Shown here: in pieces, positions 37,718 to 48,279 of the stretch
Layout: every line of letters starts with the position of its first letter
How positions within the stretch are numbered: position 1 is the first letter of the stretch
Assembly: GCA_051439425.1 (NCBI GenBank)
Contig: JBFRWD010000006.1
Coordinates: forward strand, 1 to 63,725
Reading direction: 5' to 3'
Origin: Synechococcus sp.
GTDB taxonomy: Bacteria; Cyanobacteriota; Cyanobacteriia; Thermostichales; PCC-7336
Length of the DNA stretch: 63,725 nt
The notes under the pieces: model-generated
Databases searched by the model: none
Told to the model about the DNA's origin: nothing
Seen by the model: only the letters and a program-made list of their open reading frames with translations
Translations under genes and position numbers: made by a program

Positions 37718-38104
37718 ATGGCGTTCGAGCAGTTAGCAGAGGTAATTCGACAGGATTACCAGCACTTCCCCCACAATCAGAGCTACGACATCTACGCAGA
37801 TGATGTGTATTTCAAAGATCCGCTGACTGAGTTTCGGGGCATTGATGCCTACAAGCGCAATATCGCGTTCATACGACAGTGGTTTGGCAGCCCGCTGTTA
37901 GAGCTACATTCTCTGGATACCCGTAGCGATCGGATTCTGACTCGCTGGACATTGACCTGGACAACTCCCTTGCCTTGGAAACCGCGTGTCAGTATTTCGG
38001 GACGCAGCGAACTGGGCATTAGCAATCGCGGCTTAATCCAATCCCACATCGACTATTGGGACTGTTCCAAATGGGATGTGGTGAAGCAGCATTTTCCTCG
38101 TTAG
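37718..38104 (+). CDS. DUF2358 (NTF2/SnoaL-like) protein
   Basis: IYADDVYFKDP, PLPWKPR, HIDYW. Confidence 0.88.
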   Translation: MAFEQLAEVIRQDYQHFPHNQSYDIYADDVYFKDPLTEFRGIDAYKRNIAFIRQWFGSPLLELHSLDTRSDRILTRWTLTWTTPLPWKPRVSISGRSELGISNRGLIQSHIDYWDCSKWDVVKQHFPR

Positions 38105-38177
38105 AGAGTCAAGATTATCGATGCTGTCGGGATAGAAAAGAGTTCTCAGGCTTGTGGTGTTACTAGAGGCATGACTG

Positions 38178-38537
38178 GTGCATACGGATAAAATCCACGT
38201 TTCAGATATTCGCTGCTATGGCTACACGGGGTTATTGCCTGAAGAGCAGGTACTGGGTCAATGGTTTGTGGTGGATCTGACTCTGTGGACAAATTTACGA
38301 GCAGCAGGAGACAGTGACGATATTGAAGATACTGTGGATTACGTCTCTGCCATTCAAGCCGTCAAAGACGTTGTCAAACAGAAAACATTCAAAACGATTG
38401 AAGCATTAGCCAAAGCCATCTCGGAGGAGCTACTAGCGTTAGTCGGCGTAGAGCAAGTGAACGTCCACCTGACCAAATGCGCCCCCCCAATCCCCGACTT
38501 CGATGGCGAAGTTTCTGTAGACATCACTCGCCCCTAG
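38178..38537 (+). CDS. folB: Dihydroneopterin aldolase
   Basis: YGYTGLLPEEQVLGQWFVVD, SDDIEDTVDY, IEALA. Confidence 0.95.
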   Translation: MHTDKIHVSDIRCYGYTGLLPEEQVLGQWFVVDLTLWTNLRAAGDSDDIEDTVDYVSAIQAVKDVVKQKTFKTIEALAKAISEELLALVGVEQVNVHLTKCAPPIPDFDGEVSVDITRP

Positions 38538-38931
38538 CGCTTAAAGCTCCCAGTGATTCCAGCGCCTCTTCCGCCCGTTGGGATGGGACAAAAATATGGT
38601 CGTGATGGTAGGCCGCTACTACATTGGCACTAATCCCTTGCTCTGCTAAACACCGTGAAACGGCTGCGGTCAGGCCAACTGCCTCCAAACTAGAGTGGAC
38701 GGCCAGAGTTATCAGCCGAAAGGTCGACGCATATCGCAAGCTGGCTGCGTCAGCGCGATCGCGCTCCACAATCAAACTCAGCCCCTCCGCTTCGCGAAAC
38801 ATCCCTAGTGGTTCGACCTGTTGCCAATCAGCCATTGACGACTGCCCCACTGTGCAAAATACAAATTCTCCAGATTGCAAGCTCGGCTGCATTTGGGCGA
38901 GCAATTGGTTGAGATTATTTATTCCAGACAC
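38524..38931 (-). CDS. ACT domain protein (DUF2241-like)
   Basis: FREAEGLSLI, VHSSLEAVGLTA, NVVAAYHHDHIFV. Start placed at GTG 38931 because ATG 39003 lies inside a heptamer repeat. Confidence 0.88.
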   Translation of the reverse strand: MSGINNLNQLLAQMQPSLQSGEFVFCTVGQSSMADWQQVEPLGMFREAEGLSLIVERDRADAASLRYASTFRLITLAVHSSLEAVGLTAAVSRCLAEQGISANVVAAYHHDHIFVPSQRAEEALESLGALSARGE

Positions 38932-38990
38932 GTTGGTTTTAGGTAAAGGGGGTTGGGAGGTGTGTTGTCGATTAGGGAGGGATGTGTTTT

Positions 38991-39061
38991 TGTCCTTAGT
39001 CATTCGTCCTTAGTCCTTAGTAAGGCTCACGCCAATGACTAGTGACCAGTGACCAATGACC
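38991..39061. repeat. Heptamer (STRR-like) inverted array, locus 2
   Basis: GTCCTTA/GTCATTC units, a spacer, then TGACYAR units. Confidence 0.8.
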
Positions 39062-39098
39062 TCCCCCAGTTCACTCCCCCCTGGCTTACCCTAGACTT

Positions 39099-40889
39099 AT
39101 GTCAAAAAACTCTCACCTTCGCCAGCTCTACACCTACGCTCGTCCGCACATGCGCGGAGTCTATCTAGGTATTGGAGCCCTCCTTGTCGTCAACGCCATT
39201 GGAGTTTTTCTACCCTGGTTCGTCAAAATTGCCATCGATAACTTGGGTGCCCTGCTTCAAGATGGTGGGCTAGATGGCTTGCGATCGGGGGGGCGGCAAG
39301 TGGCGTTTTACGCGATTGTGCTGTTGGTGGTAGCAACCTTTCGGGGGGCGATTCGGACGGCATCCCGAGTTTGGATGTTTGGGGCCGGTCGCCAGGTGGA
39401 ATTTGACCTCAAACAAGCGATCTTCGAACACCTGCTCACCCTGCCACCCTCTTATTTTGGTCAGCAATCGGCAGGGGATTTAATCAACCGCTCCACCAGC
39501 GATGTGGACAATATTCGCCGCCTATTAGGTTTTGCGATCCTCAGTCTGTTCAACACAATTTTCGCCTACAGCATGATCTTTCCGGCCATGATGGCCACTG
39601 ACTTACAGCTGACTCTGGTGGCTATTTCGGTCTATCCAGTCATGCTCGTATTGGTCAGCGTTACCAGCGATCGCCTGCGCAACCAGCAAGCCACCGTTCA
39701 AACTCGCCTCAGCCGCATGAGCGAACTGATTCAAGAGGATATGAACGGGATTTCATTGATCAAGGTGTACGGTCAAGAAGCCAACGAGCGGGAGGAGTTT
39801 CGCCAGCGAAATCAAGCGTTACTGGATGCCAATATCGATCTGGCTCTGACTCGTAATTTGCTCTTTCCTGCATTGACCGCACTGGCGGGAACGAGTTTAC
39901 TGCTGCTATTGATTGTCGGCGGCCCCCGTATTGCCTCCGGTGCCCTGAGTTTGGGGGACTTTACCCAACTGACACTCTACGTCGAGCAGCTAGTCTTTCC
40001 CACCGCTCTACTGGGATTTACCATCACCGCCTATCAACGCGGACAAGTTAGCCTTGAACGATTGCAAACTATTTTGGGTGCGGAGCCTACTATTCGCGAT
40101 GCCAAGGATACGATTGTCATCGATCCCCTGGCCATCCAGGGACGGTTGCAAGCGCGTTCGCTCACCTTCGCCTATCCCGACGATCCCGAGCGCCCCGCTC
40201 TCAGTAACATCTCGTTTGCCATCTCTCCCGGAGAAACCGTTGCAATTGTGGGGCCAATTGGTTCGGGAAAAACGACATTAGCAAATGCGATTCCCCATCT
40301 ACTGGAAATCGATCGCGATCGGTTGTTTTTGGATGATACCGACATCACTCGCATCCAGCTCAAGCAATTGCGGAAGGCGATCGCCTACGTTCCTCAAGAG
40401 AGCTTTTTATTTGGAGCCACCGTGCGGGACAACATTCGCTACGGCAAACCCGATGCTACAGATTGGGAGGTGGAAGCAGCAGCAAAAGCGGCGCGTATTC
40501 ACAGCGAAATTGTCAACTTTCCCAAGCAATACGACACAATAGTGGGAGAGCGAGGCATTACGTTGTCGGGAGGTCAACGACAGCGCGTAGCGCTAGCTCG
40601 GGCTCTTCTCACGGATGCCCCAATGTTGGTGTTGGATGACTCACTATCTAGTGTGGACAACCAAACCGCCCAACAGATTTTGGGACATTTGTCCGGGGAT
40701 ACTCGCACCAAGACAGTTCTGTTCATTTCCCACCGTCTGACTGCTGCCGCAGAAGCCGATCGCATCTTGGTGATGGCTCGGGGCACCATTGTGCAAGAGG
40801 GCTCTCACCAGCAGTTGTTGGAACAGTACGACGGGCTCTATAGCAAGCTGTGGCACAAGCAAAAGCTAGAAACAGCTCTGACGGCTTAG
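39099..40889 (+). CDS. ABC exporter, fused permease/ATPase (MdlA-like)
   Basis: N-terminal TM domain; GPIGSGKT, LSGGQRQR, LVLDD. Confidence 0.95.
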   Translation: MSKNSHLRQLYTYARPHMRGVYLGIGALLVVNAIGVFLPWFVKIAIDNLGALLQDGGLDGLRSGGRQVAFYAIVLLVVATFRGAIRTASRVWMFGAGRQVEFDLKQAIFEHLLTLPPSYFGQQSAGDLINRSTSDVDNIRRLLGFAILSLFNTIFAYSMIFPAMMATDLQLTLVAISVYPVMLVLVSVTSDRLRNQQATVQTRLSRMSELIQEDMNGISLIKVYGQEANEREEFRQRNQALLDANIDLALTRNLLFPALTALAGTSLLLLLIVGGPRIASGALSLGDFTQLTLYVEQLVFPTALLGFTITAYQRGQVSLERLQTILGAEPTIRDAKDTIVIDPLAIQGRLQARSLTFAYPDDPERPALSNISFAISPGETVAIVGPIGSGKTTLANAIPHLLEIDRDRLFLDDTDITRIQLKQLRKAIAYVPQESFLFGATVRDNIRYGKPDATDWEVEAAAKAARIHSEIVNFPKQYDTIVGERGITLSGGQRQRVALARALLTDAPMLVLDDSLSSVDNQTAQQILGHLSGDTRTKTVLFISHRLTAAAEADRILVMARGTIVQEGSHQQLLEQYDGLYSKLWHKQKLETALTA

Positions 40890-41026
40890 GGGGCAGACTA
40901 AGGGCGCGAGTGTAGTAAACCATCCACTCCGATTTCCTCATGGCAGAGCCAGAGTTCAATTCCACAAACTGGCTGTTCTGCTTGTCTCTTGAATGACCAC
41001 CTACCGCCTGTCACGAGGCTGCACTC

Positions 41027-42046
41027 TTGATTGTTGCCATCCTTCTGTTTCTGTTGTGCATTGTTCTCTCAGCAGGCTTTTCTGGATCGGAATCGGCCAT
41101 TATCGGCATCGATAATCTCAAGCTGCGGGCATTGATCGAAGCGGAGGGCAGCAAGCGCATTTATCAATTGGTGCTAGAGCAGCGCACGCGCTTTATCACG
41201 ACTCTGCTATTGGGGAATAACGTCGTCAATATTGCCGCCGCCGCGATCGCCACCAGTCTGGGCATTTACTGGTTGGGGGACAGTACCGGCCCGTTAGCCG
41301 CTACGGCTGTTACCACGATTACAGTGCTGATTTTCAGCGAAATCCTGCCCAAGTCATTAGCGGTCAGTAATCCCCTGCCGGCGTTCAAGTTAGCCGTGTA
41401 TCCGGTCTATTGGCTATCCCGGCTGTTCGGCCCGCTGGTGTACGTTCTAGAGCAGCTAGTGCAATGGACCGTACGGGCATTTCAGGTGCCATCCCGGTCT
41501 CAGCAAGAATCAGTGAAAGACTTAGAGTTGCTGATTAATATTCTGGGTCGGCAGGGGCAATTGGATTTGCAGAAGCGCAAGGTGTTCAGCGGTGCGCTGG
41601 CAATGGATATGCTGCAGGCCCGTGATGTGGTGGTGCCGCGCGTACGGATGGTGACAATCTCGCGAGAGCGGTCGTTACAAGATGCGATCGACCTGTGTTT
41701 GTCCACCGGCTACTCTCGTATTCCCGTTCAAGAAGAATCCAAGGACGAGATTGTCGGCATCATTCACTTTAAAGAAGCGGTTCGCTACTTAAATGAAATG
41801 GGCGATAGTAATGTGACAGAGGTAATGAAAGCTCCGTTGTTTATCCCCGCAACCAAGCGTATTGGGCCGCTGCTTAAGGGCATGCTGCGTTCGCGCCAGC
41901 ATTTGGCGATCGTGGTTGATGAATTCGGCGGTACCAGTGGGCTGCTCACTTTGGAAGATTTGTTGGAGCAACTGGTTGGGGATATTTATGACGAAAGCGA
42001 CTTATCGCCGCTACTCATGCGTCGCAAAGCCCAAGTTTCACGCTAA
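41027..42046 (+). CDS. CNNM/DUF21-CBS (hemolysin family) protein
   Basis: FSGSESA, LLGNNVVN, EILPKS, YSRIPV, VVDEFGGTSGLLTLED. Confidence 0.92.
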   Translation: MIVAILLFLLCIVLSAGFSGSESAIIGIDNLKLRALIEAEGSKRIYQLVLEQRTRFITTLLLGNNVVNIAAAAIATSLGIYWLGDSTGPLAATAVTTITVLIFSEILPKSLAVSNPLPAFKLAVYPVYWLSRLFGPLVYVLEQLVQWTVRAFQVPSRSQQESVKDLELLINILGRQGQLDLQKRKVFSGALAMDMLQARDVVVPRVRMVTISRERSLQDAIDLCLSTGYSRIPVQEESKDEIVGIIHFKEAVRYLNEMGDSNVTEVMKAPLFIPATKRIGPLLKGMLRSRQHLAIVVDEFGGTSGLLTLEDLLEQLVGDIYDESDLSPLLMRRKAQVSR

Positions 42047-42078
42047 TTCAAATTTGACGCTGACGCTAGTTCAAAACT

Positions 42079-42549
42079 CTAGGCCCAGCCCAGCTCCAAC
42101 GCAATTGGCGGAAGTAGTAAAAATCCTGCGACCAAAACTGACACCATCGCAGACACCAAGACACTAGCGGCCGCACAGTCTTTGGCCACTTTCGCTAATT
42201 CATGGTAATGATTGCCCACTGTTAGGTCGACCAGCGCTTCTAGGGCAGTGTTGAGGAGCTCTAGGACCATCACCATGCCACAGGTCAGGCTCACTAGTGC
42301 TAGCTCTACATGGGACAAGTGCAGCAGGATGCTCGTTGTTAAAACGATAACTGTAACGGCAACATGAATGCGGAAATTGCGCTGGGTGCGACAGGCGTAC
42401 GCAATTCCCATCCCCGCAAACCGAAAACTGGAAAACAAATTTTCGGCCACTAGCCACGCTTGAGGACGAGCCCACTCAGGTGCTACGTCACCCGCATCAT
42501 CAGAACGAGTCACGTTCGTTTGGGATATCGATGGATTTGACTTAGACAT
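42079..42549 (-). CDS. dgkA: Diacylglycerol kinase family protein
   Basis: QRNFRIH, ELLNTALE, AKVAKDCAA. Confidence 0.9.
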   Translation of the reverse strand: MSKSNPSISQTNVTRSDDAGDVAPEWARPQAWLVAENLFSSFRFAGMGIAYACRTQRNFRIHVAVTVIVLTTSILLHLSHVELALVSLTCGMVMVLELLNTALEALVDLTVGNHYHELAKVAKDCAAASVLVSAMVSVLVAGFLLLPPIALELGWA

Positions 42550-42642
42550 GACTCACACCATCTCAACGTTGCGATTCGCACCAAGTGCGTCCGTTTTAAG
42601 ACTTCCCTGAACTAGTTCAAGCGAATCGATACAGCTGTCTTA

Positions 42643-43119
42643 TCACTCTCGCGTGTAATTCAGCAAATCCTGCTGTTGCTGCAACATCTGTTGCAGATGC
42701 TCCTCATCAGGATGATCCCAACCCAGCAAGTGAAGTAAACCATGACTGGATAGCCATGCCAGCTCCTCTGCCAGCGAGTGCTGCTGCTCATCGGCTTGAC
42801 GCTGGGCGGTCGGCACTGAAATCACAATATCTCCCAACACACGGGAGTGCTCTCTACTGTTCCCCGGAATCTCTGCTTCCTGCGCAGCGAACGCAAGTAC
42901 ATCGGTTGTGGTGTCGCGATCGCGGTATTGACGATTCAAGCCCTGCATGCGCTCATCATCCGTCAGCGTCAGTGTTAATTCGCTGGGGCCAGATACCTGC
43001 ATTGCATCAAGCCAGCTCTCAAACCACCGCAGCCATTCTTCCTGCGATACCGGGGCAGCAACTTCTGCATTGACATACAGGTCTAGTGGAGGACTAGCTG
43101 ACTGTTGAGAGGTCATCAC
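42643..43119 (-). CDS. ybeY: rRNA maturation endoribonuclease
   Basis: LNRQYR...TDVLAF, LGDIVIS, HGLLHLLGWDH. Confidence 0.97.
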   Translation of the reverse strand: MMTSQQSASPPLDLYVNAEVAAPVSQEEWLRWFESWLDAMQVSGPSELTLTLTDDERMQGLNRQYRDRDTTTDVLAFAAQEAEIPGNSREHSRVLGDIVISVPTAQRQADEQQHSLAEELAWLSSHGLLHLLGWDHPDEEHLQQMLQQQQDLLNYTRE

Positions 43120-43234
43120 TGACGGGATGGCTCCTTGTTCGTTCCGCAGAATTGTGTTTCAAGCGTAATGCCAAATTGTGGTTGTCCTCTAGAGTACTAA
43201 CGCTCTATTTCTGGATCTTGGGTTGTTTGTTCTG

Positions 43235-43304
43235 GGTCATTAGTCCTTTGTCATTAGTCTTTAGTAACACTCAAACCAATGACCAATGACCAGTGACCAA
43301 CGAC
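43235..43304. repeat. Heptamer (STRR-like) inverted array, locus 3
   Basis: GTCATTA GTCCTTT GTCATTA GTCTTTA, a spacer, then TGACCAA TGACCAG TGACCAA. Confidence 0.8.
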
Positions 43305-43342
43305 ACGTGACCCCACACTCCCTACCCTCTTGCCCCGCCGAA

Positions 43343-43585
43343 CTACCACGTCGGATCGCTCCATAACTCCACAACCATCGATCTGTCCGGCACGGCCGTA
43401 ATACAGGAACAAATTGGCCCCCATAGATCGGTGTCAACTTCGCATGCATGACAAGAGCCTCGCAAGCATCCGGTTGGGATCGAGACTCCTGCTTTACTGG
43501 CCACCTCAATCAGTGACTCACCTGGAATGGCTTCTACTTCGATGCCATCCGGCAAAAATTTAATGGTTACGGTACTGCCACCCAC
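43343..43585 (-). CDS. Small 2Fe-2S ferredoxin-like protein
   Basis: PTGCLRGSCHACEV...ICSC; ends DPTW. Confidence 0.88.
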   Translation of the reverse strand: MGGSTVTIKFLPDGIEVEAIPGESLIEVASKAGVSIPTGCLRGSCHACEVDTDLWGPICSCITAVPDRSMVVELWSDPTW

Positions 43586-43759
43586 ACTGACACTCCCTCC
43601 CTATTGCGTTCTCGTCACAAAATTCTGGTAGCTAGCTAACCTGGTTAGCCGTTTTTCAGCCTAACGTTGATGGATGCCATTGTGTCGCACAGACGCTGCT
43701 ATCCAGCTGCGATCGCTCCGACAGAACGTGCCAACGTCTCGCTTCATCAAGGCGGAGCA

Positions 43760-44149
43760 CTAGCGCAAAATTTGCCAGCGCAATAGTTGATTCCAAATTT
43801 TGGCTATCCAATGGGCCGTACCCGCAATATCCGATTCAGCGTCGAACTTTCCCAATAACTGTCGGCCAATCGGAGCCAATCGGTATCGACTGGTGATGCC
43901 CTGACCGTCAACCTCCCGTCGAATTGCGCCCACTTGAATCAGCCACATCAGATCGTCTTCTGCCACTAACTCGGGTATTGGTCGAATGGTATATCCTCGC
44001 CGAACCCCTTGGCGATCGCGAACTTCCGCGAGGTCGACACTGCCACCCACCATGACTTCATAGAGAGCCCGCCGGAACGGCGCACACCGCATTGCCCGCC
44101 TAGCACGGCGGTAAGTGCGATCGGAATAGGTAATCGAAGCAGTCAGCAT
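43760..44149 (-). CDS. Npun_F0494-like cyanobacterial conserved protein
   Basis: WLIQVGAIRREVDGQGITSRYRLAPIG. Confidence 0.82.
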   Translation of the reverse strand: MLTASITYSDRTYRRARRAMRCAPFRRALYEVMVGGSVDLAEVRDRQGVRRGYTIRPIPELVAEDDLMWLIQVGAIRREVDGQGITSRYRLAPIGRQLLGKFDAESDIAGTAHWIAKIWNQLLRWQILR

Positions 44150-44322
44150 GAATTTGGAGGGAGGAGCGGGCAGTTCGAGGTTCTTTTCAATCTAGTACAT
44201 TCTTCCGGTTGTTCGATGAGCCGAGGAGGGAGGGTCGCCGGGAGCAGGTGTGCTGTACAGACCACCTGAATTAGAATCAACCCATAGAAGTCCTGTCCTT
44301 TGGTTTCTCTACCCTCAACGCC

Positions 44323-45741
44323 ATGCCACTGCCCACCGAATTCATTAACGCCCTGCAAGCGGTAGTTGCAGCCGATGCCATCCTCACGGATGAAGGTAGT
44401 TGCGAGCGGTTATCCAAAGACTATTACTGGTACAGTCCTTGGCTGCAGGAGCAGCTGGCCGATAAGCGTGCCGATGCGGTGGTGCAATGTTGTTCTGAAG
44501 CAGAAGCGATCGCCGTTCTGCGCCTGGCTTATGCTCACCGCGTGCCGATAGTGCCTCGTGGTTTGGGTACCGGCAACTATGGTCAGGCGATTCCGCTGGA
44601 AGGGGGGATCGTCCTCGATTTGAAGCCGATGAACCGCATTCTGGAATTCACCAATGGTGGTGTGCGGGTGGAGCCCGGGGCCAAACTGATTGATATCGAA
44701 ATGGCAGCGCGGGAGCAGGGATTAGAGCTGCGCATGTATCCCAGCACAATCGCCATGTCTACGGTGGGCGGGTTCATTGCAGGGGGGAGTTGTGGCGTTG
44801 GCAGCATCAACCATGGGGTATTGCGTGATCGTGGCAATGTCCGCGGCTTGCGAGTGGTTACGGCGAATGAAGAACCTCAAGTCTTAGAATTGCAGGGCAA
44901 AGATATTGATAAGGTGCTGCATGCTTACGGCACCAACGGCATCATTACCGAAATCGATCTTCCGCTCACTCGTCGCACGGATTGGCAGCAGTTGGCGATT
45001 GGGTTTGACAGTCTCAAAGAAGCGCACGACTTTTGTTGGGCGTTGGGACGCAGCGAGGGGATTCACAAGCGATCGATTGCTCTACTGGAACAACCCTTGG
45101 TCGGCTGGCAGAAACCCATTGCCTCTTTGGCAAATCCCGACCGACATGCAGTGTTAACCCTGATCGATCTCACCGACCTTGATGAAGTTAAACTCTTAGC
45201 GGCAGAGATGGGAGGGACAATTTCCATCGACGTTCCCCTCTATGCTGAGGGAGCCCCAACCCTGAGCGACGCCACTTGGAATCACACCACTCTGTGGGCA
45301 AAGAAAGCCAATGACGATTACACCTATTTGCAGTGTGCCTTTGCTAGCAACCCGCGTGAAAGTTGGCAGCAGTTATCTCACATGAAAGAAAAGTTCGGCG
45401 ATGACTGGCTGATGCACGTGGAGATGGTGCGCTTTATGGGAGCGGTCAATTATTGGGCTTTGCCGGTGTTACAGTATCGCGATCGCCAAGGACTGCAGGC
45501 AGCGATCGACGAGTGTAAAACCATTGGCATCGGTATCTCCAATCCCCACACCTATATCTTGGAGGAAGGGGGGCACGATGCGGGCAATCCCGTCCAGCTA
45601 GCCTTCAAACACGAAGCCGATCCACTGGGAATTCTCAATCCTGGCAAGATGAAGCTGTTTGTTTCGGCAGGACTTACCGAGACGGCTGCCTCCAGGGAGG
45701 GGGCAACAGATACGGCGATCGCCAGTGGGAAGGCTTCCTAA
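44323..45741 (+). CDS. FAD-binding oxidoreductase (VAO/GlcD-like)
   Basis: SKDYYWYSP, PRGLGTGNYGQ, HAYGTNGII, DPLGILNPGK. Confidence 0.9.
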   Translation: MPLPTEFINALQAVVAADAILTDEGSCERLSKDYYWYSPWLQEQLADKRADAVVQCCSEAEAIAVLRLAYAHRVPIVPRGLGTGNYGQAIPLEGGIVLDLKPMNRILEFTNGGVRVEPGAKLIDIEMAAREQGLELRMYPSTIAMSTVGGFIAGGSCGVGSINHGVLRDRGNVRGLRVVTANEEPQVLELQGKDIDKVLHAYGTNGIITEIDLPLTRRTDWQQLAIGFDSLKEAHDFCWALGRSEGIHKRSIALLEQPLVGWQKPIASLANPDRHAVLTLIDLTDLDEVKLLAAEMGGTISIDVPLYAEGAPTLSDATWNHTTLWAKKANDDYTYLQCAFASNPRESWQQLSHMKEKFGDDWLMHVEMVRFMGAVNYWALPVLQYRDRQGLQAAIDECKTIGIGISNPHTYILEEGGHDAGNPVQLAFKHEADPLGILNPGKMKLFVSAGLTETAASREGATDTAIASGKAS

Positions 45742-45872
45742 GGAGATAGAAGTTAGGTACAAGAATGACCCAGATAGCTACTGTTGCCATCTGGGCATGT
45801 CGTTTTGATGACGATGCGTTACTCGCTTGACCTTGGCTTTTGCGCGACCAAGCGAGCAGCACTCAAGATCCG

Positions 45873-46052
45873 TTAGCGACGGCGAGCACGACGGCGGGCG
45901 TCTTTCTGTTTGCGGCGACGCTTCTCGGAGGGAGATTCAAAATGTCTGCGGCGGCGAATGTCTGCGAAAATTCCTGCCTTTTGCAGTTTTTTCTTAAAAC
46001 GGCGTAACGCGGATTCAATATATTCGTCTTCGCCAACGTTAATTTGAGTCAT
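45873..46052 (-). CDS. rpsU: 30S ribosomal protein S21
   Basis: 59 aa, not in the ORF track; manual translation [59 protein letters not shown]. Confidence 0.96.
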   Translation of the reverse strand: MTQINVGEDEYIESALRRFKKKLQKAGIFADIRRRRHFESPSEKRRRKQKDARRRARRR

Positions 46053-46231
46053 ACCGAACCAAGTTGCCTCGACTAAAGCTAATTACCGGTTAACTAGGCT
46101 AACACGAGAGCGCTGGAATTAGATGCCACCAGCCGGATTCTTCTCAAGATTTGCTGGCGCAAACGGGGACGTCGAATCGGAGGCACGTCGGTTCATGAAA
46201 GCTATTCAATACTTCGCACGTTGAGCGAACG

Positions 46232-47269
46232 TTAAACCACTGACAGCTTGAGGCAATCGGCCACGCGATCTCGAACTGCCAGCATATCGTCACGGGTCAC
46301 CATCAAGCTGGTTACAGCTCGAACGGATGTCGCATCTCGCGCTAGTAGCATCACGCCCCGTTGTTCCAATGCTCGTGCTAAGTCTGCCGCAGGCATCCGA
46401 GTGCTATGCACGTTCACGATGTTGGTCTGCACAGCAGACACATCAACTTCAATGCTGTTGATCGCCCCCAGTTCGCGAGCTAGAAGCTGAGCATTTTCGC
46501 GATCGTCCTGCAATCGCTCTCGATGGTGTTGCAATCCATAGAGCGCCGCCGCCGCTAGCATTCCGGATTGACGCATCCCCCCGCCAAACAGCTTGCGAAA
46601 CCGCCGTGCCCGTGCGACATCTTCCTGTGACCCCGCTAGCGCCGAGCCCACCGGAGCCCCCAGGCCTTTTGAGAAACAAACGCTGACCGTATCGAATGGG
46701 CGAGCATATTCAGCAGGTGAATGTCCTGTGGCCTCGCAGGCATTCCACAAGCGCGCCCCATCCATATGAAATTTGAGCGATCGCTCGCGACAGACTTCGG
46801 CAATATCGCGAATGGTCTCCAGCGGAAAGATGCTTCCTCCCCCACGGTTGTGGGTGTTTTCGACGCACACCAGACGAGTGGGTGGGTAATGAGGATTGTG
46901 ACTGCGTAGGACGTTGACCAGGTCGGTGCTGGAAAAAATTCCTCGGTGTCCGGCAATGTGACGGCAGGAGACTCCCGATAGGGCGGCAGGACCTCCCCCT
47001 TCGTAGTAGTAAATGTGGGCTTCTGCCTCTAAGGCCATTTCATCCCCAGGCTGCGTGTGCAGGCGCACCGCCACTTGGTTGGTCATGGTGCCTGATGGCA
47101 TGAAAACCGCAGCCTCTTTCCCCAGCAGGTCGGCCACGTACTCTTCCAGTTGCGTGACGGTAGGATCGTCCCCGAGTACGTCATCACCCACCACCGCATT
47201 AGCGATCGCCTGCCGCATCTCAGGAGTTGGTTGTGTAATCGTGTCGCTTCTCAGATCGATAACAGACAT
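46232..47269 (-). CDS. ltaE: Low-specificity L-threonine aldolase
   Basis: [38 protein letters not shown]. Confidence 0.93.
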   Translation of the reverse strand: MSVIDLRSDTITQPTPEMRQAIANAVVGDDVLGDDPTVTQLEEYVADLLGKEAAVFMPSGTMTNQVAVRLHTQPGDEMALEAEAHIYYYEGGGPAALSGVSCRHIAGHRGIFSSTDLVNVLRSHNPHYPPTRLVCVENTHNRGGGSIFPLETIRDIAEVCRERSLKFHMDGARLWNACEATGHSPAEYARPFDTVSVCFSKGLGAPVGSALAGSQEDVARARRFRKLFGGGMRQSGMLAAAALYGLQHHRERLQDDRENAQLLARELGAINSIEVDVSAVQTNIVNVHSTRMPAADLARALEQRGVMLLARDATSVRAVTSLMVTRDDMLAVRDRVADCLKLSVV

Positions 47270-47420
47270 GTGTGGTGTAGTGTTCGGTTCTCATGCTGAG
47301 CTGGGTCAACATTAGCCTCGATGAACGAACGACCCAAAAATCCCCTTCTTTCTCTTCAGGAAGCGTCACCTCTTTGGGGGGGGCTAATCACAACCTTGCT
47401 GTATCAGTTGGACTCTGGGA

Positions 47421-48143
47421 CTACTGCAACAATTGCAGGGAATCTAAAAACGTCTCTACCGCTTGGGAATCCTGCTGCACTTCAGGTTGGCCCCCCGCCA
47501 TTACGACCAGTTGATTGCCAATGGCATAGGTTCGAAATGTGAGCTGTTCCCCATTACCCACCATCGAAAATTCCCGACCTGGATAGCGGTTCTCGAGGCT
47601 GATGGGCCGATCTCCCTCTAACTCAAAATTCGTGCGCGCAACAATGCTATCTCGCACTTTCGCTAGCAGATCCTCAGCATCAACCTGCTGTTGAGAGTCG
47701 GACAGCGAACTGTGAGCCACCAGATATCGAGCAGACGCCACTTGAGACGCCAGCACGCTAAACGCGAGTTCCACACCCCCTGTATCCAATAGCTCTGTCT
47801 CCTCCGTTGTTATCCCCTGCGGCATCAACACACCCAACCCTGCATCCGGCACAACAGTGGGCTGCCATTGCAAGAGATCGTCTTGAACGGTTAAGGTGGC
47901 GGGCGGCGAACGGTCGGCCCCTTGCCCTTCTAACTGGCGAATCTCGTCCTCCATTTGTTCCAGCCCGTCCTCAAAAAAGTCGGGGCGATCGAATAAACCA
48001 TTTTCGATGCCTGGAGGGGGGATTTGGGCGATCGCGATACCGGGCAGCACAGCCAGAGACACTATTGCTGATAGAGCGATCGTGAGTGTTTTCGACATTC
48101 GGCCAACCCGTCGCCCGTCAGCCAATGACTCGAGATCGTTCAC
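47421..48143 (-). CDS. Hypothetical secreted protein
   Basis: Signal peptide starting MSKTLT; DFFEDG motif; YPGREF...FLDSLQLL tail. Confidence 0.72.
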   Translation of the reverse strand: MNDLESLADGRRVGRMSKTLTIALSAIVSLAVLPGIAIAQIPPPGIENGLFDRPDFFEDGLEQMEDEIRQLEGQGADRSPPATLTVQDDLLQWQPTVVPDAGLGVLMPQGITTEETELLDTGGVELAFSVLASQVASARYLVAHSSLSDSQQQVDAEDLLAKVRDSIVARTNFELEGDRPISLENRYPGREFSMVGNGEQLTFRTYAIGNQLVVMAGGQPEVQQDSQAVETFLDSLQLLQ

Positions 48144-48279
48144 GACATATATCCCCCTAGAGACTCTACTAAGGCCAAGCTAGCAAAAATAGAAAAAGCC
48201 ATGGCTGCCAAATGCTGTGGGATTGCCACACTCGCCGTTACCATGAGCAAGTTATTCCTGTCAGACGCGGTTTTACCCA

